A stretch of DNA of 64,000 bases from Hemiscyllium ocellatum (GCF_020745735.1 NC_083409.1:14727873-14791872); one strand, 5' to 3'. Positions 24,692 through 36,026 are shown, counted from the stretch's first letter. Notes: a model not told the origin generated them from the letters alone. Program-made: numbers and translations.

Positions 24692-25595
24692 AAGAGAGAG
24701 AGAGCCAAGCCGGCTGAGATAAAAGGTAGGGAGGAGGGACTAGGGGGAGGGGCGATGGAGGTGGGATAGGTGGAAGGAGGTCAAGGTGAGGGTGATAGGC
24801 GGAGAGGTCAGGAAGAGGATTGCAGGTTAGGAGGGCGGTGCTGAGTTGAGGGAACCGACTGAGACAAGGTGGAAATGAGGAAGCTGGAGAAATCTGAATT
24901 CATACCTTGTGGTTGGAGGGTTCCCAGGCGGAAGATGAGGCGCTCCTCCTCCAGCCGTCGTGTAGTTGTGTTCTGCCGGTGGAGGAGTCCAAGGACCTGC
25001 ATGTCCTCGGTGGAGTGGGAGGGGGAGTTAAAGTGTTGAGCCACGGGGTGATTGGGTTGGTTGGTTCGGGCGGCCCAGAGGTGTTCTCTGAAGCGTTCCG
25101 CAAGTAAGCGGCCTGTCTCACCAATATAGAGGAGGCCACATCGGGTGCAGCGGATGCAATAGATGATGTGTGTGGAGGTACAGGTGAACTTGTGGCGGAT
25201 ATGGAAGGATCCCTTGGGGCCTTGGAAGTGAGTGTGGAGGTGTGGGCGCAAGTTTTACATTTCCTGCGGTTGCAGGGGAAGGTGCCGGGGGTGGAGGTTG
25301 GGTTGGGGTGTGGATCTGACAAGGGAGTCACGAAGGGAGTGGTCCTTGCGGAACGCTGATAGGGGAGGGGAGGGAAATATATCCTTGGTGGTGGGGTCCG
25401 TTTGGAGGTGGCGGAAATGGCGGCGGATAATACGTTGTATGCGCAGGTTGGTGGGGTGGTAGGTGAGAACCAGTGGGTTCTGTCTTGGTGGCGGTTGGAG
25501 GAGCGGGGCTCAAGGGCGGGAAGTGGAGGAGATGCGGTGGAGGGCATCGTCGATCACGTCTGGGGGGAATCTGCGGTCCTTGAAGAAGGAGGCCA

Positions 25596-25740
25596 TCTGG
25601 GTTGTGCGGTGTTGGAATTGGTCCTCTGGGTTGTGCGGTGTTGGAATTGGTCCTCTGGGTTGTGCGGTGTTGGAATTGGTCCTCTGGGTTGTGCGGTGTT
25701 GGAATTGGTCCTCTGGGTTGTGCGGTGTTGGAATTGGTCC
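25596..25740. repeat. Five perfect copies of a 29-bp unit (TCTGGGTTGTGCGGTGTTGGAATTGGTCC)
   Basis: Units at 25596, 25625, 25654, 25683 and 25712, located at the 5'-truncation end of the PLE. Confidence 0.97.
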
Positions 25741-25769
25741 CTACTTGGTCACTACTTCCTCGGGAAGAG

Positions 25770-26330
25770 CTCATTCATTCATCAGCGCTGCTGGAGGCGG
25801 GGTCAGTGACGTCACGCCACCCACCACGTGGTATTTGCTCACGTGATCACAGGGACCACCTCCTGCTGGTCTTATGCCTCAACATGGCGCAAATGAATCG
25901 ATTGGTCCTTATTCGGTAAAAAAAAGTTGAACAGACTGAAGTAAAACCGATTATTCAAGCTGTACTTATATTTAAAATAGTAGTTTATAATAATTGGAGT
26001 GCGACCGATTCCGTTGCCTTGCACGAATTCCTCCTTTTCCCTCAGTGGGGGAGGGTATTCTCTGTGTCCGTGTATTGTTTGGGAGGTGGACCCGCCGATG
26101 CCGGCTCCGGGGTTGACCGGGACAGCGGGGGAATGACGTTTTAGAGAAAGCCGTGAGGTTACCCGCTGCGGTGTCATTGCGCAGGCGCGGTACAATAGGA
26201 CGCGATGTCATTGCGCAGGCGTGGGATTACAGGCCTGAGATCGTGCGCAGGCGCGCTTCTGTCGGCCAATGTGTCGTTGCGCAGGCGCAGCATGACCGGC
26301 CACGGTGCACGAGTCTTTGGATCGCGGGGA
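25770..26330. promoter_or_regulatory. CpG-island promoter with CRE, E-box, YY1-like and four NRF1-type motifs
   Basis: High CpG density in CpG-poor surroundings. TGACGTCA 25807-25814; CACGTG at 25825 and 25840; CAACATGGCG 25880-25889; TGCGCAGGCG(C/T) at 26178, 26212, 26244 and 26278; CCAAT near 26266. Confidence 0.8.
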
Positions 26331-26803
26331 ATTCAAAATGGAACGGCCCAGTGTCAGAGAGAACAGCCCAGTGAGGCTTGGAGCTCCTCTCAGAGTCAAA
26401 TCTAACACCAAGACTGTCCAGACTGGCTTCACCTACTGTTGTAATGGAGACTGGATTCAAAGCAATTACTTTAATCTACAGTTGGAGGAAATCCCTGCTC
26501 ATCTGTGATTACGGAAAACAAAAATGTAGTGGATGTGTGTGTCCTGCTGGTGCAGCATTATTGTTCACACCGAGTTACCTTTGAGTAGGTGGCAGTGGGC
26601 TGTCTTGAACCACTGCAGTGTGTGAGCTGTAGGTAGATCCGCAGTGCCCTTGGGTGGAGTTCCTGGATATTGAACCAGTGATAGTGAAGGAGTGTCAGTA
26701 TATTTCTAAGTTAGGATGGTGAGTGGCTTGAAGGGGAATTTGCAGGTAGTAGTTTTCCCATATATCTGACTTTGTTCTTTTAGATGGAAGGTTTTAGTTT
26801 TGA

Positions 26804-26921
26804 GTAAAAAGTGAGGTCTGCAGATGCTGGAGATCACAGCTGAAAGTGTGTTGCTGGTCAAAGCACAGCAGGTCAGGCAGCATCTCAGGAATAGAGAATT
26901 CGACGTTTCGAGCATAAGCCC
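26804..26921 (-). mobile_element. Short PLE terminal-repeat copy (family A)
   Basis: Same sequence family as 24561-24682, again lacking the CTGATGA core. Confidence 0.9.
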
Positions 26922-27282
26922 TTTTATTTTTGAAGCAGCTGTTCAATAACTGTCATAGTTGAGGGAATAAAGGTTAAATTCATTGGCTACAAACACATCC
27001 ATAGAATTGGGACTAAATGAGACCAGCCCCTGAGCTGCCGGCTGGATACCAGAGGAGAGGTGTTTTAGGAGGATTGTGTGGTAGATGGAGATGTGTGTAG
27101 ATTGAGATGGAGAAAAATACAATTTACTTTGGTCATCGTGTTGGATATGACTTGGATAAGAGTCATTTAAAAATTGTGGCAAATTACGAACTTGATTGTA
27201 AGGATTTACATATCGAATTTGGGAAAGATGAGCACAGATTTGAGGCAACAACATATGTTATATGAAAATTAGCAGGCACTGA

Positions 27283-28941
27283 TGTTAAAGTACAGATTTG
27301 AGATGGCCCAGGGAATCCCTTGTGACCTCAGACCTGTAAGCCTCTCTTGGTTTGTCCTGGCGATCGTACTGAGTCTGGCATAGCCTGGAATAAAACCATC
27401 TTACAGACAGTTTAGTTTAATTTTAGTCTTCCCCTTTATTTACCAATAACATCACTGTTACAACATAACACTGGTACTTATTAGCTGAACTAGTTAAGGT
27501 TCTAAACCTGAGGAGAGTAGTGACCAGCTCTCTCCTGTCACAAACAGGGTTCCTTGATACAAAATTTTACAAAAACACTGCATTTGATTAGATTTAAACA
27601 CTTCATTAGACAGACAACATTGGAAAGGCAGTTATTCATAAGGAAGAGAAGTTAATTGACAGGTCTGTGTGCGCCTAATTGATCACTCCTACAGCCCGGA
27701 GCCATCCATCAGGTGGGAAAAACAGATTCAGCCGAGTCAGGCACCTGTTGGTGAGACAAGTCCTTTCTATAAGGAGGCACCAGTCAAAACTAAGTGGGAG
27801 AAGTCATAAGGTAACCTCGCATGTCAGGTCTCATGTTTCACAAAATGGCTTCTTAGCTAGGGAAGGCAAACTTTGACTGTTAAAAACTGGCTTCCTCATA
27901 GATTGTGTCAGAATCTCTTCAATGTTGGGTTAGAATAATTTTTAAACTAGGAGCAGACTCTTGCTTTTTATCTTAAGAAAACAATCATTCTGAACCTGAG
28001 GCTGAATTGTTTCTGTAAGGTTGTATTTCAAATGATTCATTTGTCTCGAATTAGACATATTTTTCTTTTCAGGGTTCTGATTCAAATTCAAAGAGGATAT
28101 CAATCTGGCTTGTTAGAATTGACAGTGGGGCAGTCATGGTCTGTAAGAACAGTAAGTAACTTAAAGCTTTGTCAGCATTACCTTTTACAGAATTTGCATT
28201 TTGTACGATGGTTTCTCAAAATAATCATAAAGTCCCAAAATACAATTAAGTTCAAAACAAGGGTTATAGAGATAACACCGGAATAGGATACTGATTGTGG
28301 ATAATCAGCCATGGCCATAATAAATGGTGGTGCCAGCTCGAATGGCCGAATGGCCTACTCCTGCACCTGTTTTCCATATTGAATCCACAACAGGTAAGCG
28401 TGCATTCAAACCAAACCACAGTTAATTTTCTATTTGCTTTGGCAATCTCAGCGTTATAATGTTGTTGTTCTCTCATTCTCTCTCTCTAGTGTCTTTTTGA
28501 ACACCCAGGTTAGGGACTGTAACCGAATAATGTTTTTCCCTTTCTGTCTACCGAGCCTGCAAGGGTAATAAGAATCCAGTATAATTGCTATGACCTGACC
28601 ATTAATTACAAGGCTTTTGACATGCTTGCAGGATGATACCAAGTCAGAGATCAGAATTAAACACTGTCATTAATTTCACAAGTGAACACACGTGAATGTT
28701 ATCACTCTGTGTCCTGTTTACACAGATTCATTCCTGTTAAGGCACATGTTCTTAATTACTTTGGAGCATCCTGTTACCACTTGGTGAGAACAGGTGTTTT
28801 TATCTTCTGCACATCCTGGGTTCCCCCTTTTGTGGCCTGGTGCCTCCCTGGCTTTCCTGTTTATTTTCTACGGTGCAACAAATATGTTTTATAATTCAAC
28901 ATTAACATTTAGTCAATGTTTTAAGGCTATAAATTTTCTCA
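27283..28941 (-). mobile_element. ERV 3' LTR (~1.66 kb, includes a CR1-type tail fragment near 28285-28385)
   Basis: Plus-strand ends TGTTAAAGTACAG and ..TTTTCTCA match the ends of the other LTR; minus-strand AATAAA at 27435-27440. Confidence 0.8.
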
Positions 28942-28953
28942 TTCCCTCCTTTT
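28942..28953 (-). other. ERV polypurine tract
   Basis: Minus strand AAAAGGAGGGAA directly before the TG of the 3' LTR. Confidence 0.85.
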
Positions 28954-28959
28954 GTCATT

Positions 28960-31570
28960 TCATGACAACTACATAGCTCATTATACAAATATAATGAGTC
29001 CATTTAGTCTTTGTATTCTCAATAATTTGTGCTTCCTCTTGCGAGTCATTGTCCGGAGGATCAGAGCGGAAAGATACTGGATTTCATTGGAGTCGTTCAG
29101 ACGTGGAGCTACAGGGGTAGGCAAGGGTCGATTAACAAGATTGCTTTTCGCCTTAGCCAAAGAGGAATGTATGGTCCATTCCATGCACAAGTGGACAACA
29201 CTGTATATTCCTCGGATGAGACTGAGGACTATCAGTACGTTCCACGTGATCCATCCACACAGCGACCAAAGCCAGCAAGGAACACTCCATCCATATGGAT
29301 CGGACAATGGTTGGGCAGGTATCTTCCCTGCACCTTGACCCGTTTTGTTGATAACATCTATGTTGTCCAAAATGTCTTTAGCGAAATCATTGATGTAGAT
29401 GCAACATTGCGGGCCAATAACAGAACAAGCACCTCCTCCTTTAGCAAGGAGGAAATGTAGCACTAGCCAATTCTGAAGTGTTACCATCCAGGTCTCCTGT
29501 ACCTCTTTGTTTACCAGCTTCAAAGCGTGGGCAGTTGAGTTGGCAAGTTTTCCGATGTCGTACGCAAGGTCAGTTGTCTGATCTCGGGCCTTCTCAACAT
29601 CCCAGCCAGGAGTAAGGCCTCCCAGCAATTTGCATCACCAGGTTTATTGATGGAAAGTTGTGTAAGTCCTGTTTGTATTTCCTTATTTCCTCTACATTTT
29701 GTTCCATACTGCTTCACATGTTGGTAGGCGTTCATTCATCACCTACCTCAGGTACTTCATGGTGGAGGGTAACAAATGGTAAATTTTGTACTAGGGCACA
29801 ACATTGGTACCAGTCATTGGGTAGATATGGGTAGCCTTTGTTTTCACATCGCCAATGAAGGCTAAAAGGAGTTCCAAAGGCGCACTTCTGTGAGTGAATG
29901 ACGAGTCCACTCAGGGCGAGAGCTGACTCTTGTAAACAGCGGGTGCTATCAAACGTTTGGATGTCCAAGTGTATTAATGAATGAAGAGCAGGAGTATCAC
30001 CAGTGTCTTTGATAACATTCTTACACAGTGCTGGCTTCACATTCCCCATGTCGTGAGTGGCAGAAGTTCTTTCAACGCACCATTCTAGTGCACTTCACAC
30101 AGCGACGTGCTTCTTCTACCGAATGGGTTTTGCCAGCATAAGTGAGGGGTTGCATAAGTGTGAGAGTCCTATTTGTACACTGGACATCAGAATGATGGAA
30201 GAGTGAGCAAATAACACACGGATCAAGGGTTTAGCTTGAATCAAGAAACCATTGGTAACAGATGGGAGATTGGGAGTACATAGTATTTTTGATCTTTCTT
30301 CAGCTTTCCAGCATGTCTTCTGAATTACAGTAGCTATTGAATACAGGAACTGTATACAGAGGAACCTCGATTATCCAAGTGAGATGGGCCGGCACTATTT
30401 CATTCAGATAATTGATTGATTATTTGGTTAATTGATTTCCTCTGGGTCTGTGAAGTCTGATCCCCGATCAGGAGACTCAGCAAAAGCACATTGCTTGCGA
30501 GAACCTGTCTGCCCCCAATCCCGCCACCCTCAACCCTGCCCACACCCCCACCCCAAACCCAAACCCATCGTCTGTCCAATCCCAGCCCGCCCCGCTCACC
30601 CGGTCCCACCCCCATCCATCCCCCCCTACCATCCGAACCCCCGACTGCGTGCTCACCCCCCCCCCCCCCCCCCCCCCACCCCCCACTGTGGGGCAGCCGG
30701 ACTGTACACCAATAGTAAGACTGCTGCTGCCTTTGTGGGATAAGTCTCCAAATAGCGCGCGCAACATTTTGACAGGTTCTGCCTCTGCCCTGTACAGGGC
30801 AACGTTGGAGTGATAATCTGGGGATTGGGGGGGTGGGGTTTGGCATTCACCCAATGTGTAGAAGTCCAGGGAGATTGTTGGGGGAGGGAGAAAAAAGGCA
30901 GGAGGTCAGCCATTTGGAGATGGTGCCTGGACTGTTCAGGACTGTCCTCGGCAGCATTTCAGTGAGCTGAGTTTGCTTTTGCTCATTTGTACCTGTAAAC
31001 AGAAGACGTGATCAGGATTGAAATTGCTCTTTGATGTAATGTTTCTATCGGGACCTTAAGATCACCTTCGGATAATCCGATATTTGGATTAACGAGGAAC
31101 CTATGTAAAGGTATTTCTGTCACTGGTGGTAGGTCAGATAGGAGAAGATGCCATTGAGAAGGCATAGGTTGTCTGTCTCATGGTGAAAGGTGCCTGAGGG
31201 TCTGGTGATTTTGGTATTATGTGCTCAATACTGCAATCCGTACGGTTCGTTTTGAGGGGAACAGACAAACATTTCAAAGTAACAGTTTTCGGTTGATGGA
31301 GTGGCTGAGGTTATGGAATTGTGCCATCTCATGATGGCTGGCTTGGAAGTGTTGCGAGGATAATGACAAGGTCGAGAGTGATATTTGGATACAAAATGTG
31401 AGCAGTTTAACTGAGTTTCAGCTGGGCAGCTGCATTCATAACTTCCAATGTATTAGTACAGGTTTCATATATACAGTACCTTGGAGTTTTAGCCAGTCTA
31501 AGATAACATAGGTCGGTTACATCTGGACATATGTACTTGGGTTGGGTTTTCATCGGATACCTGTATCAGT
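28960..31570 (-). pseudogene. env: ERV env remnant (gamma-type TM)
   Basis: ORF 28981-29628 has the ISD-like LQNWLVLHFLLAKGGG, a CX6CC motif (CSVIGPQCC) and a hydrophobic TM. An SU-like WRCENKGYPYLPNDWYQCC lies in ORF 29732-30049. The frame is broken and the 5' limit is approximate. Confidence 0.85.
30357..31105. mobile_element. Non-autonomous Tc1/mariner (Tigger/pogo-like) DNA transposon inside env
   Basis: Left TIR CAGAGGAACCTCGATTATCC, degenerate right TIR GGATTAACGAGGAACCTATG, TA on both sides (30355-30356 and 31106-31107). Confidence 0.7.
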
Positions 31571-31579
31571 GCTAACACA

Positions 31580-33580
31580 GGACTGTGAGGGGGATACAAG
31601 CTTGCAATGTCCTTTGTTGACCCATGTTGAACATCCTTCTACCTTGACTGCACTTTCAGTTGTCAGAAAAGCTTGATAAGGCCCAGTTTTTGATGATTAA
31701 AGTCTTTCAATCATACGTAGTCACCAGGGTTGATATTTTTAAACATTGGAGCTCGCTCTTCATCCTTCCCTGGTACTTGATAGGCTACTTTGACCAGTTG
31801 ATGATATGACTGCAATGCTTTGGTCAACTTAATCAGGTACATGTGCATTTCTTCTGCCATGATATGCCCATCAACAGGGTGTTGGGGACTTAATGGTGCG
31901 GACCAGGGAGTCCTCAGGAGCTTTCCATATATCAGTTCAGCCGCTGAGAATCCCGTCTTTTTCTATGTCATGGTTTCCTCATATTAAACAGAGCTTTTGG
32001 GAATACTTGAAGCCAATTATGACCAGTTTCTTTCACCAACATGCTGAGCTGACCTTTTTAACTTACAATTGGCTCTTCCTGCAATTCCCGCTGCTTGGAG
32101 ATGGTTGGCACAATGGAATTTCTGACTTGTATTCAAACTCTTACATTGTGGGTTGGTTAGCTCCGCACAGAAGTGGGAGCCATTATCAGAAAAGACCGTT
32201 AATGGTATTCCAAATCTGGGTATGATTTCCCTTAACAGAATTTTACAAGTAGTTGTTGCTGTGCAGTCAGTGCAGGGATAAACTCCAATCCATTTATTAA
32301 ATACATTGATTATCACTCAGCAATACTTATAACAATGGCATCTTGGTGACTGTCTAAAATTTCACTGGATCGTGTCAAAAGGTGCACTTGGCAAGGGAAT
32401 TTCACCTGGGGGACACTTCACTCCTTTCCTGAGATTAATGTTTTGACAAATTTGGCAATTTGAAGCTGTTTGTTTTGATTTTTCTTGCAGGTGGGGATTC
32501 CACCAAGTTTGGAGAATTCTGTCCACCATTCCCTCAACTCCATGTGCATGTGTTTGAACATGATCAACTAGAATAGGCAGAAGTGAATCGGGCAGACATG
32601 TCTATTCTACCAGCGTAACCCAAAGCTTATTGCAGCTATTTACATAACAACCATGGTTCATCCATTTTTGTTTTCATTAATCAGTGGTGTCCCCCTGTTG
32701 GATCCAAATTTCTTCTAGGTCAGGCAGGGTCGGGGTGTGAGAAGAGGAAATCGGAGAGTCTCCCTTTGGTTTCTGATTCGTCATTTGAGTAACCAGGTCT
32801 TTTTGCTCAAAAGCTGTTTTCTCAGCAGCTGTGTCAGCGGCATTGGTGCTTTTAGTGACATCAGCAGCATCAGAGGAGTGAGCCGAACATTTGACAATTG
32901 CCGATTGAAAGGGAAGTTGATTAGCACGGAGGAGATTAGCAACATAGGCAGCATTGAGGCTCGGGGTTCCTGATGAGATAAGGAAGCTGTGCTGCTGCCA
33001 AAGTTCCTCATGGGCACATCCAAAGGGAATCAGTATCGATATGAGCTGACTTTCCTTCACAAGTATGCAGGAAGGGGTGAGAGCAAGGAGTTCAGCTTGC
33101 TGGGTGGGGCAGGGTGGATCGACGGAATAATCTTCTGTTGGATGGGACAAAGTGACAATCGTGTATCCTGCCATGTGTTTGCCTTCTGGAGATATCGAAG
33201 AAGAACCATCGAATGGAGCGTGGTTAATGTTACAGCAGTATTTAAAGGGGAGAAGTGGATTCTAAAGTAATGAAATCACATAGCAACTTAGATGAGCCAC
33301 AGTTCGGTGTTGAGTATGTTTAGAAGTAAGTAAGGATACCACGGAATGCGAGATACAGACTTCTACATTTTGATGTAAAGTTATATTAGAGGCAGCCAAT
33401 GCCATAGGATGAATGGTGGGGAGAATCTGGGTGCAAGAAGGCATACCCTGCGCAACAGGGTCAAGCTTAGTGGAGTGATAGGCAGCAGGGCACCAAGAGG
33501 AGCCATGTTGCTGGGTAAGACCCGCTATAGCACAGGTGTCAAGGATGGAAAAGGGTTTTGTGCAATAAAAGGGCAAACCT
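31580..33580 (-). pseudogene. pol: ERV pol remnant (tether, RNase H, integrase)
   Basis: LTQQHG..PAAYHSTKLDPVAQG (33262-33576); AGYTIVT..QQAELLALT (32677-33174); LLREIIPRFGIPLTVFSDNGSHF (32017-32316); GPYQ..TTESAVKVEG..W near 31600-31700. Confidence 0.88.
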
Positions 33581-34163
33581 GCTGAGGTCCGTGGGGAGGG
33601 TGACCAGGAGGTTGCCAGCTGCTTCCACTCCGGCGATCAACCGGGGGCTGCTTTGGGAAAGGGCAGTTCTTGGACCGATGTCCAGGTTGATTACGGTTGA
33701 CACAAATGTGTGATTATTGGGGGACACGAGGGGCTGGGGGAGGTAGTGAAGACTAGTGAGAGGATGTATAATGGGTAAGGGGCACCGTGGACTGTTGGGG
33801 AGGATACAGAGGAGGACCCCAAGATCCATTGGGATGTTGTGAATCCACGGTACCAGTAAAATGCCACAGACGGTAAATACTAATTAGGAGTCAGCGTTGG
33901 AATTGCCAGCCTGTACATTGATCTAATCCTGCTCATCGAAATTTTAAATTGTATTCTGGTTGTTTTAAAGTCGAACTGAAATACTTCTCTTGGAAAAACT
34001 AACAAGGTTTCGGTTCTTTCAGCAGGGCATCATTTCTTTTCACCATCTGGTTAAAGAGTACAAGCTGGTTTTAAAAGCAGCAGTTAGATTTGATCAAAAT
34101 CAGTGGCCTTAAGTTCCCTTATCAGTGCAACTGTAGCACTCCTAACACACAGGGACAAATGAT

Positions 34164-34745
34164 TCATTGGGGAAGGGCATGGCCCTTAGCACGTTCATCC
34201 TCAGAGTGGGGAGGGGAGTTCAGGCGATGTTTTGTTTTATGCAGTGTGTTCGCCTTGGCCGTACTGTGGGTGTGTTTTGAGGGGGAACCCGGAGGAAGTC
34301 GGCTGACAGGACGGGAGGCGTAAAATATTTCCTCCTCTGTATCAGTGTCCCATTCCTTATCCGCGGATGGATCAGGATTCTTTAGTAATGGGTCTTTGGG
34401 AGAGGTGGGGTATAAGGAACTGTCTTTGTCGTCAGTCTGGTCCTGCGCGGCTACAGCTGCAGTCTGTTGTTTATTCACCGGTTTCTCATTTCTTTGGGAC
34501 CCCTGACATTTCAGCATAGGTTCTGAACCTTTACTTTGTTTTATTTTCTCCATCGCCAATTCCAAATCATGTGCTTCACATTTGCATTTTAGTTCTGTCC
34601 AATCTAGTTCAGATCCTTCCTCAGTTAATGGACTAATTTCCCTTGTAATACAGTTTTGTCTCCATGATGATTGCATGGCTTTTTCCCTATCTACCTTTTT
34701 CCACGCTGATATGGCTTCTTTCTGTTTACTTCCCTTTTTTCCCAA
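34164..34745 (-). pseudogene. gag: ERV gag N-terminal remnant
   Basis: 193-aa ORF starting MGKKGSK (myristoylation-like Gly2) about 290 nt after the PBS. Assigned mainly by position. Confidence 0.6.
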
Positions 34746-35033
34746 ATCCCTTGTTCACTTTTAATGTGCACCCATATTAATCCTATTTATTTTAAATCTT
34801 CACAGAACTGCTGATCTACAGGGGCTCCAACCCCACCAAACACAGGGGCCTCTAACCCCACAAGATTCTGTTTTTAGTACGTATTTAAACAATCTCATTT
34901 TGGGTTCCGTCCGGGTACCATGAGAATGAAATGGGGGAAGCAGCACACAAAGAAGCAGGCCGAGAGCAATTGAGACCGACCCTTGGGTGAAGCTCCTCTT
35001 TTCCGGTTTCATTCAAACGCATCCCTTTTTGGA

Positions 35034-35051
35034 ACCCTGCTCGCAGCGTCA
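35034..35051 (-). other. ERV primer-binding site, tRNA-Ser-like
   Basis: Minus strand TGACGCTGCGAGCAGGGT, 3 nt after the LTR CA; resembles the complement of vertebrate tRNA-Ser(CGA/TGA) 3' ends as recalled. Confidence 0.7.
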
Positions 35052-35054
35052 AAT

Positions 35055-36026
35055 TGATAAAGTACAGATTTGAGATTGCCCAGGGAATCCCTTGTGAACC
35101 CTTAGTGGGCGGCACGGTGGCACAGTGGTTAGCACTGCTGCCTCGCAGCGCCTGAGACCCGGGTTCAATTCCCGACTCAGGCGACTGACTGTGTGGAGTT
35201 TGCACGTTCTCCCCGTGTCTGCGTGGGTTTCCTCCGGGTGCTCCGGTTTCCTCCCACAGTCCAAAGATGTGCGGGTCAGGTGAATTGGCCATGCTAAATT
35301 GCCCATAGTGTTAGGTAAGGAGTAAATGTAGGGGTATGGGTGGGTTGCGCTTTGGCGGGTCGGTGTGGACTTGTTGGGCCGAAGGGCCTGTTTCCACACT
35401 GTAAGTCTAATCTAATCTAATCTAATCTAATCTAATCAACCTGTAAGCCCCTTGGTTCATCCCGGAGATCGTACTTTTGGAAGTCTGGAATAAAACATTA
35501 ACCTCTTCCAGTTTAATTTTAGTCATCCCCTTAATTTACTAATAGCATCACTGTTCCAACATAACACTGACACCTATAAGCCAGGTTGACTGGATTCTAA
35601 AAACCCAGGAGAGTAGGATATCGCTCTTCCTTCAAGAGCCCTGGCAGGTTACTCTGTTGTACTACCACAGACAGGCTACCATTATACGAATGTTTACATA
35701 CGCTGTACTGTCAAGAATAGGCTTTCTTTGGACAAAAAGTTAACAAAAGCACTGCTTGTTCTAAATGAGGCAGATAACAGTGAAGGACAATAATTTGGGA
35801 GAGAAGTTAATTGATACCAAGTTATTAATTTCACAAAGGGTCAGCTGTGAATGTTATCACTTGGTGTCCTCTTCATGCAGATTCTCTGATGCTCAGGAAA
35901 ATGTTCTTAATTGCCTTACCCTCCAGCCTCTCTATTTTCTGGTGGACAGTAAATGTGTTCTATAATTCAACATTACATTTTAGTCTAAAAGTTTCAGGAC
36001 AAGTTTTAAGGCTATAGACTTTCTCA
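35055..36026 (-). mobile_element. ERV 5' LTR (~635 bp plus a SINE insertion)
   Basis: Plus-strand ends TGATAAAGTACAG and ..CTTTCTCA; lacks the equivalent of about 27660-28635. Confidence 0.8.
35107..35437 (+). mobile_element. Young full-length tRNA-derived V-SINE (HE1-like) inside the 5' LTR
   Basis: A box TGGCACAGTGG, B box GGTTCAATTCC, V-SINE core, CR1-like tail and (TCTAA)n end; absent from the 3' LTR. Confidence 0.93.

Larger units (their letters stand above)
24560..25744 (-). mobile_element. Young Penelope-like element (family A) with GIY-YIG endonuclease remnant and 14-bp TSD
   Basis: ORF 24808-25251 contains IYCIRCTRCGLLYIGETGRLLAERFREH..VAQHF..EERLIFRLGTLQPQGMN. TSD TTGGTCACTACTTC at 24546-24559 and 25745-25758. 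Confidence 0.93.
27283..36026 (-). mobile_element. Defective class I (epsilon/gamma-like) endogenous retrovirus
   Basis: Two TG..CA-bounded LTRs, PBS, PPT, and gag, RNase H, integrase and env remnants in canonical order on the minus strand. Most of CA/PR/RT appears deleted; no TSD. Confidence 0.9.

Noticed and set aside
25596-25740. CRISPR-like 29-bp repeats
   Set aside because: Head-to-tail units with no spacers, eukaryotic context and no cas genes.
25884-25919. MAQMNRLVLIR resembling phosphoglycerate mutase N-termini
   Set aside because: The catalytic HGE does not follow; the frame hits a stop or donor immediately.
26341-26508. ORF MERPSVRENSP.. with good Kozak context downstream of the NRF1 array
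   Set aside because: No recognisable homology or splice donor; not supportable as a CDS.
26930-27282. Possible CAP-Gly/upstream part of the CEP350 exon left of the ERV (FGHRV vs IGDRV)
   Set aside because: Similarity is too weak to call without alignment.
30400-30913. Gly/Pro-rich ORFs
   Set aside because: Arise from a poly-C low-complexity tract inside the DNA transposon.
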